Shown: in pieces, positions 13,511 to 27,172 of the stretch | Layout: each line of letters starts with the position of its first letter | How positions within the stretch are numbered: position 1 is the stretch's first letter | NCBI RefSeq assembly: GCF_001194135.2 | Contig: NC_068982.1 | Span: 130,839,289-130,903,288, forward strand | Direction: 5' to 3' | DNA: 64,000 bases | Source of the DNA: Octopus bimaculoides | Taxonomy: Eukaryota | Position numbers and translations under genes: made by a program | Notes under the pieces: generated by a model | Database searches by the model: none | What the model was told of the DNA's origin: nothing | The model's input: the letters and a program-made list of their open reading frames with translations, nothing else

Positions 13511-14449
13511 ATACGCCCAAAAGAGTGTAATGAAATAGATATGCGTACTAAATCCTCTAATGAATAGAGTATACTAAAAATATATGAACACATATGTAAT
13601 TTGTCATCCAGCTCAGCGTATTCACTTGAAAATACCTAATTGGTGTGAAAACAACTTTGTACATTGATATGCACTTCTTCCGACGTGCGCTTTTACCCGG
13701 ACAACTTTATTTATGGTTAAAAGTTAAATGTTGCAAAGTTTCCAATCAGAGTTTCAGTCGGAGTATCAACGTCTTAAACAAATGATATTTCTGACTGTAA
13801 AGCTTTTAAGCCGCTTATTGCAGCAAATATGGATTCAATAAATTGGATGTCCCTAACGCTCGGTTCTTAATACAAACCAAGATATTGGTCAACTTCAAGT
13901 TTTAAATTGTAGGCTTCACTATTCCTTTTGGAATGGAGGTTGAGATGATAAACAAAAGAGTTCTGAATAATTATTCAAAAGGTTGGTACTCTATATAATA
14001 CCCTGAATATTTTTTTGTGTCCTTGGTTAGTACACATGAATTTCAACATCCGACTCCATCCATCAGGAAGGAGGTATCACAGAGTTAGTATAACTCACTG
14101 CCATAATCAACAGCTGTACTGTTTGGTAGTATAAAGTACTTAGACCTTCTACAAGTAATATACTCTATCGTGTTAGAAATGGAAGGACATATCGGAAAAT
14201 GTAGTAAGGTTAAAATACGGGATAGTCACGACTAAAGTGTCCTTGATATGCCTGCTTGATCAAGAACGATTTCGACTAAGCAATCACAATAAAAACGACT
14301 GCCTGGATTTTGTGCCTACATTTTAGAGAAGTGTTTACAGTAAAATTCCACCAGTATCCTTTCATATAATGGATGAGTATGCTATTAATACCGTTATAAA
14401 TTCTTATATGTCTGTCTTCAGGAATTAACTTTTTGCAAATTCCATTGTT

Positions 14450-15715
14450 TGATATTTAGCCACATAAACAGAGTAGCACTTAGAAGACATTCGACAGAAT
14501 CTGCATCTAGGTATTTTACCTGCTTACTCATGCTTTTTGTGTGTCAGCTATTTTGTTATTTTCTGTTCTTAGATTTCAAAGTGAAATATAATATATCGGA
14601 TGTTGGTCCAAAGTGGGCTAATCTGATTACCTATGTTACCTACAGTCTGAAGCTTCTAACAACATTGCTATGTATATAACCTTATGCTAATTATTTGAAT
14701 GCTTTTCACCTGATGTTCCGTTGCGATAGAAAAGTGCAACTTCTCTGAGTGTGCATCTCTGGTCGTCAATTAAGAATTCTTAGCGATGTGCTCCTTTCCA
14801 ACTGTCATAATGTTATTTGTCTCTCGTCCACTGAATTGATGCATGAATGCACGTCTACAGGTGGTTGTTTGTAGCTAACCTTGTTTCTATTTAGATAGAA
14901 TCTGTCAGTATTATTAAAGTAAAATGTTCTGTTAATGATTAAACATTTTCGGGGTTTAACATCAATAGCGGCAAACACATTTATCAACATGGTGTTAACA
15001 TAATAAACCCGTTTCGGTCTACGGTTTTAGTGTATGCAGAGAGCTTTGAGGACCCTCTATTTTATCCAGATGTCGCTCATTCCCTGGTTGCATATCATTG
15101 TTGAAAATGTCTACATGGATATATTCAGTTATCTCTTGATACCCGTAGCGATCTTTGTACGATATCAAAGAAATAGTAACCCCTTGTTTTACAATCACGT
15201 AGAAATATTTACTTTGACCATATTCCTTATATTATTTGAAAATGTCTTAACCAGATACATCAAGGGTCTTCCTCACGTCATTCATCTATTTGGCATATAA
15301 TTTCAGATGGTTTATAAGAAGGCTTTGTCAGGCTGGTGTTTCTGTCGTCCTGTGAGCCAATCACTTACTCAATGTAAATGATAATGGCTTCACTTCAAGT
15401 ATATGTATTATTACTGAGAGACTCTTTTTTGTTTAATAAATCTCTGCGATATTTTATCTTAGAGACAATGTGATCACGTCCTATATTTATCATCAGGAAG
15501 GTTGTTCAGAGCGAAGTAAGTTGTCTATGACCTTGATTGTGGAAGAACTCAAAAAGCCTCTAATATCATCGAGGGAGGGATAGAGTCATATGATTTCTTA
15601 GAATCCAACCGGACAACTGTAACCAAATCTCCACTTATGTCACCCTACGCTTGCCATCAAAATTTCAGTGATTTCAAGTTGTTCATCACATTACAACATC
15701 CCTTCATTTCTACCT
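14450..15715 (-). mobile_element. Highly decayed R4/Dong-type LINE, reverse-transcriptase region
   Basis: Minus-strand traces: VRLDSKKSYDSIPPSMILEAF (~WLDYKKAFDSVPHSWI), KYRRDLLNKKSLSVIIHILEVKPLSF (~YRRGILQGDSLS.ILF.L.VNPLSF), LINHLKLYAK (~FIDDLKLYAK), LVKTFSN, IDVKPRK...NNTDRFYLNR (~IDVKTRK...NSD.DRLY). Confidence 0.7.
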
Positions 15716-15988
15716 GCCAATCTAATACGCAGGTAGCTCAGTTTCATTTGATTGAAGAGCTGAACACTCAACGCCGTAACAGACAGAAATTCATTTAGTT
15801 TATTCGTATGTTGCACTGTCGCCTGATTACCTGTATGACAAGGAAAATAATATTTATAGATTAGTTTCGCTGAATAGGATTTAATAATATTTATTATCTA
15901 CTCGGTATATATTTCTAATTCCAAACCAAATTAGTTCTAGTTTTAAGACTATAATATCTGTGAATGTATTAATAATATTTGTGTGTGT

Positions 15989-15991
<3 letters not shown>

Positions 15992-16079
<88 letters not shown>
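15992..16079. repeat. (GT)n microsatellite
   Basis: Directly visible. Confidence 0.95.
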
Positions 16080-16082
<3 letters not shown>

Positions 16083-16504
16083 AAATAACTACATATTTAT
16101 GAAATGTGTATTTATGTATTTATATATAAAATACAAATATATACAATGGAAGTATGTTTATGTACGAATTTATGAACAAATGCTAGCTGAAGGCTCGAGT
16201 TAACTTCAAAATCTACATCATTATCATTTATGATCATTTTGTCCGACAAAATTTTTTTTTCTATTTATTTCCTTCTGCCACTGGTTGTTTCTTTTGCCAT
16301 AGTCTTTGATATCATATTTTTGTGGACTTGCAAACGTCTTTCTTTATTACATCCTATGACTAAATGCAGTTGTAATAACAGGAAGTAGCGTCAAAGGATA
16401 TGAGAAATGCTGTTTCCTGGCTGTAGACAGACAGTAAACTGAGTCAGAAATCTGTGTAAATCATAACAACAACAATAATAATAACAACAACAACAATAAC
16501 AATA

Positions 16505-19500
16505 ACAAAAAATATTTTTCTTATTCGTCACAATGGCTCTGAGGAAAGAGGGACAGTATAAAAGACAAGATACAAAGAAGTGGAGAGAGTCTAATACGAA
16601 ACATTTAACAAAGGAAGAGCAAGAAGGAAAACAATAATTCGAACAAAAAGATTCCTCGTAGAGTGGGCGGGGGTTAACAACTCTAAAACCAATCGAAGAA
16701 ACCCCACTGAATCACTCTGACCACCGAAAGCAAATGATCACCTTCCTTTGTCGTTTCTTGGTCTTCAGGCAAATGCAAGAGTAGGTCATCTATTTGGCAT
16801 ATAATGTTTGCAACCTCACCACCTTTCAATGAATTTACTAGCAAGAAGTAACACCTTTCCCTTCATCCTCACATTCTTGTGCAAGATGAGGGTTTGACTG
16901 AAGAGGAAAGTGTTTGTCTTTAATCCCTTCAGTCTCGTCCGCCATACATACTTTTTGCCATAGCCCCCTGAGAGAGGAATATTGCTAGCCGTCCCCGGCT
17001 AAAAGAAGACAGCGTGATCTACAAAATGGCTTGGTTGAAAACCGGATCCGAACCATTCACAACAGCTATTGGACTAAACCCAAGAAATAAGCGATACTCA
17101 GCCAGTGAATGAATGTGCAAAAAGCGGATTCGTGCACATCTGTGCACATCTCGGATAGTTGTGGCTGTCGGCTTTTACGTGTCTGTAGTCTGTCATGAAC
17201 TCGCAATATACTCCAGTAACATTGTAAACCATGATTTCAGGAAATCCATAGTCCCTGGGTCGAAGTTCCCAGGAACATACTAATCAGTTGATTCTTGTCG
17301 ACACCTTGGGTTTGTCCGATAACGTCATCGCCTCCCCTAATTATAGTCTTCTATGGAACGCTGATAAGTTCCGCTGAACACGTTACTAAACTTGTAAAGG
17401 AATGTCAGTTTCTGACAAAATCCCGATGTCAAGCCTTGCTCTTCCCTTGACTCAAGACTGCATCTCAGACAAAGAGACGAACAGTCGAAAGATGTGCCTG
17501 ACTAAAAGATCTTTTCCTATGATTTTTTGTAGATTTTGTAGTTCTGAAATCCTGGCGTCACTGGTTGGTACCACATCTATATCAGTTTCCTCCCAAGCTG
17601 ACTACAAGCCCCGTATATTTTTCTTTCTTATTCTGGTTGAAGTTTTGCATGTTGATCGAAATAAAAGCAAAGCAAGAGAGATCACTGGCCTTAGGCTTAT
17701 GGCAAAGGTAATCCTTTCTTTCCGATAACCTGGACCAGCTGAAAAAGTCCATTCTGAAGGTTTTTAGTTGCTCTTACCCAGCAGACTCTCACGTCATTTC
17801 GAAAATTACTCTTCATTGTAAACTAATCACATATGAGTATACTCGCTAAAAGTTCAACTAAAGGAAGTTTTAAAGTAGTCTTTACAAATCCTACCTCATC
17901 TGTTTGCGTGTGTGCAGACCCCAGTTACTTATCAGTTTTAGGTTTCAGGTCGAAATTTACTTTTTGCGTGTTTTCTTGTTGTTTTCGCTGTTTGTTGGTT
18001 TTCGTTTTTTGCTTTTGTTTTGTTTCTGCTGTTTGTGTATTTATATGTAGTTGCAGGTTTGGCTCTTTTTTTTTTGTGTTTGCAGCAGTGCATTTAGTAG
18101 GGTTAGTGTAGGTGTCTGGCTGATTGAAGGAAAAAACGTTGGCCCATCAATCTTCCTGCCTTTCTATTCGAGGTGGCTTTTCTTCTTTTCCTTTTTACAT
18201 TTCTTCTTTGCCTCTCACGATGTGGTCTCTGAATCAAACGACTCTAATGCGGATGGTGGGAGAGGTATGTTTTGACACAAGTGCTTGAGTTTGTGTTTGT
18301 AGTTTTTGTGGGGATGAAGATAGAATGAGAGTTGTTAGGATATGTTTTGTGACACGTCCTGTTGTTGTCATAGGGATTCTTGTCGTGGTTTTTACCTCTA
18401 TTGCCAGTTGCATTGCTGCTGCAGCTGTTTTGATGCTGTTGCTTTCGTTGATGCTATTGTTGTTGACGCTAGTCTTGTTATTACAACCAGCGTCGCTACT
18501 ATTGCTTTGGTTGTAGTGGCACGCTGCTCTTAATATTGTTGCTGTTGTGTTTGAGATGTCGGCAGCAGTGGGGGCTTTCTTTCTTGCAGCTTATACTGCA
18601 AACAGAAGGCTCTTACGTGATATCAAGTGCTACATATATGACACCTTAGCCGTCTACCCTCTACGATCATAAAAGTAAGACATCCGAAATAGTGAAAGAG
18701 GAGATGGCTTCGTGTCTCTCTCTAGATCCGTTTGAATCAAGAGTTCCATAAATTTCCCCCACCAGTTCTCCTTGCGCTGCTTTTAAACCTCTAATATCGA
18801 AGCTACATCTTTAGTGTCAACCAACACAGTAGACACCAACCAGCAGAGATCTATTCCTGGTGACACTATCCTCATCTTCACCAGATTTAACCCCACATTT
18901 CTAAATTTCTAAAAGAGGCTGTACAATGCTCTTTTGCTTTCATCTTCAAGGTTTGAAACTAATATCGACAAGGTCAGGGTGTCTGGTACGAGGGATTTTT
19001 TATATTTATGTTTATTTATTTATACATTTATTTACTTATTCATTTATTTTGCTGAGAACGGATTCCAGGGCACCATTCTAACCGGGTTTGCTTTGGTTTT
19101 ACTACCCTTCGACATTTTAGTCCAACGCATTATAGGTTACCGTGCACCTAATTTTATTTTGAGTTTTGAGCACTGCTAGACTTATTGCTTTATTTCCTTC
19201 AAATTTTGGCCTTTTTAGGCCACCATTTTGTTTTTCAGTTTTCGCTGATATTCTTGCTACACTGGCAAAGGATCCAGTTTTTGCAGCTGCTTATCTGTAC
19301 ACTTCGTTGTCAGTGCTGCAGATATTGCTGCTGCTTTCGTAATAGAAGTGGTAGCAGTGGTGGTGTTGCTTCGTATTGCAGGAGCTGGTTTATATATGAA
19401 GTTGGTAGTGTTAATACTGTTAATACTATCAACAGCTGACGCAGGGGTGTGATAATGGTGCAATCAAGGTGGTGGCGGCGAAACTACTATCACTGGTCGT

Positions 19501-19700
19501 GCTGTTGATTCTTTTTGACAATTTTTGTTCTTCTTTAAGGTGGTGGTGGTCATGTTTACTATGTTGTTGTTGTTGTTGCTGCTGCTACTGCTGTTGTTAC
19601 TGTTGTTTGATGCTCTGTTGTTCGGCATACTTTTGCAGCTGCTATTTTCTATTCTCAACGTGCATCAGAATGGGGAAGCCATTTTCACTGCAGTGAGATC
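16505..19700 (-). mobile_element. L1/Tx1-type LINE, decayed: ORF1 (with CCHC knuckle) joined to the ORF2 C-terminus and 3' UTR
   Basis: ORF1 traces: GSFASVA, KTQNKIRCTVTY and IVEGRRLRCHICST*YHVRAFC (CX2CX4HX4C at ~18610-18660). ORF2 C-terminal traces at ~17150-17400 (FHRRL...DDVIGQTQGVDKNQLISMF...DFLKS...LQCYWSILRVHDRL) are homologous to 34500-34700. Pyrimidine-rich 3' UTR ends near 16505. The 5' boundary is approximate. Confidence 0.7.
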
Positions 19701-19911
19701 TTGACTGACAGCTCTCCAAGGATATTAATTGCAGTCGATAAAGGAACAACAGCAGCTATTATTACTACTATAGATATCTTTAAGAAATGTTTCGTACGCA
19801 TTGCTAAATTATTTTAAACACGATATATGCAATTCTATACATACGTGTGTATGCGTGTACAAATGCATTTCTATTTATTTGCGTATATATATAAACATAT
19901 ATAAATATACA

Positions 19912-21147
19912 TTGGGTCATCCCATAAATAATGCGTGTTTTCAATTGCATGAAATAAAAGCCGGAGGGGAACGGGATAAACTACTTGCATCAACTTGCTT
20001 TAAAAGCAGGTAGTAATTTTACCTAGTGCTTATTCTTAGTGCAAATTTTGAAGAGCGCAGTTAGGTTTTAATAGCTATTTTTTCAAAGTTATAATGGAAG
20101 GGATAAAAGAGCATATTTGGCATATTTTGCTTTATGTGTTCAATAAAGGCAACAACGTAACGGAAAGTGCGAGGATACGGGGATCGGACAATAAGCGTAA
20201 GTCAGTGTCAACGGAAATTCCGAACCAAAAACTATAGCCTAGAAGACGAGCCTTGTCCTGGAAGATCTGTAGAGTTCGACGAGGACGTCAGGCAAACATT
20301 GGTGGAACAAAATCCCATCGTAACTGTTGCGGAACGAGCAGAGAAGCTTGGATTTGGTCATTCAACCGTTCAACACCTGTGTGCCATCGGAAAAGTCAGA
20401 AAATTGGGTCAATGGGTTCCTCACAAACTTTCCGAGTCTAATCGCGTGCAGAGAGTGAATGTATGCTCTTCTTTGATGTCACGTCTCATGAATCAACCTA
20501 TTTTGGACTGAATAGTGACTGGTGATGAGAAGTGGGTTCTCTTTAAAAAATGTCAAGCACCGAAGACAGTGGGCAGGGAAAGGAGAAACACCGGTAACCC
20601 AGGCTAAAGAAGGTCTTCATCCACGTAAGGTGTTATCTGTTTGGTGAGATACGAAAGGTTTAGTCCACTTTAAACTTTTAGACCCAAACCAAACGATAAC
20701 AAAGGAGATCTAGTGTGAGCAACTTGAGTGGCTTAAGTCAGCGCTAGAAGAAAAACGATCGTCTTTGGTTTCAAGACGAAAGTTGTTCTTCCATCAAGAT
20801 AATGCTCGGCCACATACAGCGTGGAAGACATTCCAAAGGCTGAAGCAGTTTGAATGGGAAACGGTGACCCACCCACCATATTCGCCGAACATTGCTCCAT
20901 TTGATTATCATTTATTCCGCAGTCTTCAAAATCATTAGGACGGAAACAATATAAATTCTTTAGACGAGGTCAGAACAACACTGGAGGAGTATTTTTCGTC
21001 GTGAACAAATGAATTTTGGAAGAGGGGGCCTTGCAAGTCTCCCAGATAGATGGAAGGGCATCGTAGAAAGTGAAAGAGAGGATATTTTAGATGAAAAAAG
21101 AATTTTATCTTAATTTTGAAGATCGCATTATTTATGGGATAACCCAA
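19912..21147 (+). mobile_element. Full-length mariner (Tc1/mariner, DD34D) element, 1236 bp
   Basis: 24-bp TIRs ttgggt(c/t)atcccataaataatgcg at 19912-19935 and 21124-21147 (23/24 match). TA on the right, CA (mutated TA) on the left. Confidence 0.95.
20094..21093 (+). pseudogene. Mariner transposase pseudogene
   Basis: MEGIKEHIWHILLYVFNKG... N-terminus, WVPHKL, *IVTGDEKW, FHQDNARPHT and HPPYSPNIAPFDYHLF, with exactly 34 residues between the 2nd and 3rd Asp. Several stops and frameshifts. Confidence 0.93.
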
Positions 21148-21244
21148 TATATAAATACACACACACATACACACACATATATATATACACACAGATACAT
21201 ACACACATACACACACATACACATATATATGTACATATATATAT

Positions 21245-21427
21245 NNNNNNNNNNNNNNNNNNNNNNNNNNNNNNNNNNNNNNNNNNNNNNNNNNNNNNNN
21301 NNNNNNNNNNNNNNNNNNNNNNNNNNNNNNNNNNNNNNNNNNNNNNNNNNNNNNNNNNNNNNNNNNNNNNNNNNNNNNNNNNNNNNNNNNNNNNNNNNNN
21401 NNNNNNNNNNNNNNNNNNNNNNNNNNN
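21245..21427. other. Assembly gap (N run)
   Basis: N characters. Confidence 0.99.
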
Positions 21428-22717
21428 GTATGTATGCATTACGTGGTCTGCAGATGTTCCTCACATTGTGTTTAGTAACGATTGTTTGTTCTTCTAGAGC
21501 AAATATTGTTACCTGACTTGATCCGGTTAGACCAGAAGTTTTCATCACAGCAACGTTTCAGCCATTAAAGGAATTAATTCTAAATTTGCAGTAAAATGTA
21601 TACAGTTGAAACCTGTTTATCTTCGTTTTAGAAGAAGACAATTTTAGAAGACGTATTGATAGAGAAAAAATGCAAATTCAGAATTATTTTGGTTACGTTG
21701 CATTAATTTATGTCAGCAAGGTCAAGACAGAGTGATCGGAACTATGGCAATTCTTTTCAAATAGAAGGTGAACCATATCTAATCGATCAATACTATCCCT
21801 TTAAGATTTATGGACTATGTACTTGAAATACATTGTAGAGAAACTATTTCAGCTATTTAAAAACGCACTAAAACCGTTTAATTCACTTTAATTTAATTTC
21901 TTGAGCTGTCAAAAATTTTCGTCGCATAACTGTAATTTGATTACTGACCTGGAACGCAATTCCAATGAATTTCAGAGGTTCTTCTACGATGCGTTTGTTT
22001 CACATTCAAGTCTCATATCAAATCACTCGCGTGTCAAACACAACTCCGAACTTACAGTTTTATAGCAAATTGATATAACATTGGATATACAACGAAGCAA
22101 ATGCCTTTATAAAATCTACCACGGTGTGAAAGGTAGAGATTTAATGTTCAAATTATGCAGTGTCAGCGATTAAAGACTGAAATGGAACTTGTGGAATGCA
22201 TATGTATACTAACTTCTATGCTTCATGCATTCATGAGCCTAACAGTTGTAAAACTGTTAATCCCAACCATGAATTTTTTTTTGTTCCCTCGCCATTCAGA
22301 ATATACAATCTATGCTTGTGTGCGTGTGTGTGTATGTGAGCGTGTGCCTGTGTGTATGTGTAGAATCACCACAGGATGTTACCTACAGCAACGTTAGTTG
22401 ATGGTTGGTTAACATGATTAACTTCCCTCTAATATATTTTCATCCCCAGAGATGGGGTATCTATTTTTTTCTAGCTTTGATTTTTTTCACACATGAAGAA
22501 ATAACAACTTTATAGTTTGTATGTTTATGATGAAGAAAATATAAATTTAGTGCCCTTTTTTTTTCTAAAATATCGAAGAAATATGCTTTAGCCTGTTTTA
22601 CGACAGTTTACGATCATTAATATCATTAATGTCTTTTAATAAGCGAAAGCATAGCTGTATGGTATCGGAGCAAACATTGCTGTGTCTGTGCACGAACGTT
22701 CTCGCATAAGACAATTA

Positions 22718-23056
22718 CGGAAGCTTGCTATGCAACCACCTTGGGCACGTGTCTAATACTATAGCTATAGATTAACCAATGCATTCTGGGTGGATTTGGC
22801 AAACGGAAACTGTGCGAAGCTACTAGTATATGTCTAAATGTATATGTCTTTGTCTTTATTTTTGTCACCTACACGACGGTTTCACAGCCACGTTGGTTTC
22901 TTTATTTCCTCGTGCCTCAGTGGTTCAGCAAAATAGACCGATAGAATAAGTACTGAAGTTTTACAAAGAACATACGTAATGTGGTCGATCTGCACGACTA
23001 AAATCCATCAGGTTAGTGTTCCAGCATGGTCGCTGTCTGATTACTGAGACAAGAAA
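22718..23056 (+). mobile_element. SINE family B (CORE-like, bipartite), 5'-truncated and diverged
   Basis: ccttgggcacgtgtctaatactatagc...gtggatttggcaaacggaaactg and the 3' part gaccgatagaataagtact...ccagcatggtcgc...actgagacaag, homologous to 51139-51510. Confidence 0.75.
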
Positions 23057-23535
23057 ATGGTAAATATAGATGACATTTTATAGTTTATACATACATACAT
23101 ATATGTATATATATATATATATATATATTTGTATGTATATAAGGGTGTGCATGAACGTTCTCGCATAAGACAGTTAAGGTATTAATTAGTCTATGGTGAA
23201 TGCAAATTCTTGCAAAAATCCAGGACAAAGTAAAGGAGATAACAATTAAGTGACCCTGAACTGTGACTCTGAACTGTGTATTATTTTGAAGTCACGTATA
23301 GGCTCCCCTAACATCATGTATTCTCACCCAAAATGGAGACGATTACCAGCATTTTTAAGCGGATCACTTATATATTGTGGTTGTTTCTACGCCACAGACA
23401 TACACACACACATATCTACTCAGTTTATAGATCACTTTGTTAATCTATAAATTAAGCGTATGCGAATGTGTGTGTTTGCGTATGTGCGTCTGCCTGAGTG
23501 TGTGTGGTGTGTATGTGTATATTAACTGTACGTGA

Positions 23536-23536
<1 letters not shown>

Positions 23537-23591
<55 letters not shown>
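23537..23591. repeat. (GT)n microsatellite
   Basis: Directly visible. Confidence 0.95.
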
Positions 23592-23593
<2 letters not shown>

Positions 23594-24271
23594 TAATTGG
23601 TTTAGGCTTCAAAAACAATACGCTAACCACTCTAAAACCACGGACTTTGGGCTTGCTGTCTATTATGATTTTCTATAAAGTATTTTGGAAATTAAACTTA
23701 CGATTGCTACCTCATAAATACTATAAAAATACTATGCAAATGTCTATGATTTATTAGTCACTTGCACTGAGATTTTCTTCTTACCCTGAGAAAATGTAGT
23801 CTGGTCAAATATTGAAAATCCTCATGTAGCAAGTCATCAATCATCTGAAGGTTATATGAAAGATTTGCGTTTATATTATCACCGTAGCTATCCAATTTAA
23901 TTTCCTTTTCTGATAAAGGATGGGTCTAGGAGTAGACGTTAGTGTGTTAGACAGTGCTTCGGCCGTCAGCTACTCTCCAAAACTTTATTCATGTTTAATT
24001 TAGTTGCCGGCTAGAAATTTTGGTTCTAGTGTTTCACAAAATGTAAAAGGGAATGGGTTTGATTTTAACGTCTTTGACATCTATGCATGCTTCAAAATGC
24101 TTATAGAACATCAGTGTTTGTCAAGTAATGTGTATGGGTGGATATATATGTATATGCGTATATCTATATGTATATATATGTCTCTGTGTATATACTATAT
24201 ACATGTGTGTTTCTTTGTGTGAGTGTTTGTGTGTGTGTGAGCGCGCGCGTGTGTATATTTAGATATACATG

Positions 24272-24337
<66 letters not shown>

Positions 24338-25523
24338 CGTATACGTTCCCTGTCTCTCCATATATACTGCATATAAATGTGTGTGTGTATGTATGTATGT
24401 ATGCATGTATGTATGCGTTTACACTTACGTATTCATATATTCATATTTACACATAAAAATATATACACTTTTATACAATCATATATACATATACACATTC
24501 ACACAAATATACAATGAATACATACATAAATACATACAACCATGCATACATACAATTTATGCTTATACATGCGCATACATGCAGGATACAAATGAAACTG
24601 GATACGAAATAACTTTTAAGCAACTCTAAATATTATTTACAATAATTTGAAAACCAAACCACAAATTTTCCAACCGCCAAATAGCCAACTGGATAAAAAG
24701 TTTGTTTGCGATAAGTTTATTTGCACTTCTAACGGTAACTAGATGTCAGGGTGTAATTCTCTGCTGGATACCTAATGCAGAAAGACAGAATAGAAAGTAT
24801 AATTAAACGCTGCCAAACATGCCTTTGTTATCTTGCACCGGGTGATCGCTGACAAGGTGACGAGCATGAGAGAAATTAGAAACGCAGTGGTTCCCAATGC
24901 TGCATAAATTTGGTTGTAACGTTATATGTATACACCGTTCAAAATTGGTGGTTGTATAGACTGCTTGTTTTTGAGCAGGTATAATAGGTGACTGGGAAAA
25001 GCACTGGCATAGAAATAGACACACAAACGCACACACGAGCACATATGCATATAACCACACACACATAAACACACACGCACACAAACACACACACACACAC
25101 ATATATACATATGTAGGTATGCATGTTGCATACAAATACATAAACTTGCAAATATGTGTGGAACGTGCAAACGAAGTTCAAATACATGCTGTGTTCAACG
25201 AATATTGTATAAATGAATATGCAGAGAGAAGTTGCATAATTTCGAATGTCTGCGACACATAATATTATAATAAATAACTTCGTCTCCTATGTGTGTGGAT
25301 ATGTGTATGTGTGTGTATGTGCGCGCGCGCGCGTTGTGAGTGTAATGAAGGGAATTGTTTGGATTTATTCATTACACATTCTGCTATAACCGGTACCTTT
25401 TATGAATTGTTTATTTTATAAATTTAGTTAGTTACCGGTCATAGCAGAATATTTAATGAACGAACAAACCCAGACAATTACACTACATTACACAAAACTA
25501 CATTCATATATATATTCACATAT

Positions 25524-25582
<59 letters not shown>

Positions 25583-25700
25583 NNNNNNNNNNNNNNNNNN
25601 NNNNNNNNNNNNNNNNNNNNNNNNNNNNNNNNNNNNNNNNNNNNNNNNNNNNNNNNNNNNNNNNNNNNNNNNNNNNNNNNNNNNNNNNNNNNNNNNNNNN
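25583..25700. other. Assembly gap (N run)
   Basis: N characters. Confidence 0.99.
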
Positions 25701-25734
25701 ATATATATACATATATATACATACATATATATAC

Positions 25735-25769
<35 letters not shown>

Positions 25770-25782
25770 CATATATATACAC

Positions 25783-25815
<33 letters not shown>

Positions 25816-25856
25816 CATATATATGTGTGTGTGTGTGTGTACGCGCACGCGCACAT

Positions 25857-25912
25857 TGTGGTTAAGGTGCTGTACTCATGATTGCGAGATAGTGGGTTCG
25901 ATTCCTGGGCCA
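25857..25912 (+). mobile_element. tRNA-like SINE head (A/B boxes), body not recognised
   Basis: tgtggttaaggtgctgtactcatgattgcgagatagtgggttcgattcctggg; similar to the head of the 8945-9180 SINE. No complete cloverleaf. Confidence 0.5.
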
Positions 25913-26785
25913 ACCGTCTTCTCTCTCGCTATCACATCCTGGTGGCTCCACCACGCCCACTGTGGGAAGGCTGACAAGATGCTTGTCTGCTCGTGATTAT
26001 ATTGACACCGTAAACAATTATCGGAAACATGGTACATGTTACCAAGTGATACCAGCTCGCAGGTGGCAGTTAGCTGTACTTTCATGCCGTTCAATTATTG
26101 CTTTCCTCAAGAAAATAGACTAAATTTCACAGCATCGTATACTGTGCTGTTGCAAGATCAGATCTAACTATCATACTGAAACACAAAGGCTAATTCAGTT
26201 GAGTACTAAAGTTGAATGGTCAGTAGTGTTATTGATAGCAACAACAGTAAGCATACCTGAAGCTATATATCCCATACCTGAAGCTATATACTTTATATGA
26301 ACAAACTGCCAACAGTAAAGCAGTCACTAAATATTTGTTGTGTTTCATTAATTCTATTTGTCGAGCATAAATATTTTATAGGCTTGGAGAATGCAATGAA
26401 AACGATTGTAGTCTATTCTCCTTAAAATTCATGAAACCCTAACCTGCAGCAGACTGCTTACAAGTTTACTGGTTACAGGATGTAACTAGAATTTATAGTA
26501 GTTTACGCTATGGCATAAATCTAATAAATCTTGTAACAGACTCAATAGCAAGTTTTACACCAAGAACATTTGTTCCCTCCCATATGTTTTTTTTTAGACG
26601 GGCAATGGCGTTTTTTAAATCTAACAATTAAGAATTTACGGTTAGTAGATTTAAGACAGAGATGATAATAGGATATATGAAACCTATATCTTTTATGGAG
26701 TATTAGAGACAATTGTCATGTGAAGATATTTGCAATCGGAAATCCAAGATGTTTCACGAAGTTTACTACATGCTTACGTGCTACA

Positions 26786-27172
26786 TTGTGGAGGCGCAAT
26801 GGCCCAGTGGTTAGGGCAGCAGACTCGCGGTCATAGGATCGCGGTTTCGATTCCCAGACCGAGCGTTGTGAGTGTTTATTGAGCGAAAACACCTAAAGCT
26901 CCACGAGGCTCCGGCAGGGGATGGTGGCGAACCCTGCTGTACTCTTCCACCACAACTTTCTCTCACTCTTACTTCCTGTTTCTGTTGTGCCTGTATATGA
27001 AAAGGTCAGCCTTGTCACACTGTGTCACGTTGAATATCTCCGAGAACTACGTTAATGGTACACGTGTCTGTGGAGTGCTCAGCCACTTGCACGTTAATTT
27101 CACGAGCAGGCTGTTCCATTGATCGGATCAACTAGAACCCTCGACGTCGTAAGCGACGGAGTGCCAACAACA
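26786..27172 (+). mobile_element. Full-length tRNA-derived SINE (family C) with 10-bp TSD
   Basis: A box tggcccagtggttagg, B box ggtttcgattccc, 3' tail ...cgacggagtgcc(aac)n. TSD acgtgctaca at 26776-26785 and 27173-27182. Confidence 0.92.

Noticed and set aside
16462-16506. (AAC/AAT)n next to the Tx1 3' end, possible microsatellite target
   Set aside because: The related Tx1 copy ending at ~35315 has no such repeat, so target specificity is unsupported.
21446-21516. Signal-peptide-like MFLTLCLVTIVCSSRANIVT after a cag
   Set aside because: Stops after ~20 codons, no splice donor, adjacent to a gap; compatible with chance.
26786-26860. tRNA-like sequence (also at 25857, 9110-9180, 56718)
   Set aside because: These are SINE heads with A/B boxes but no complete cloverleaf or acceptor stem, followed by SINE body and tail.
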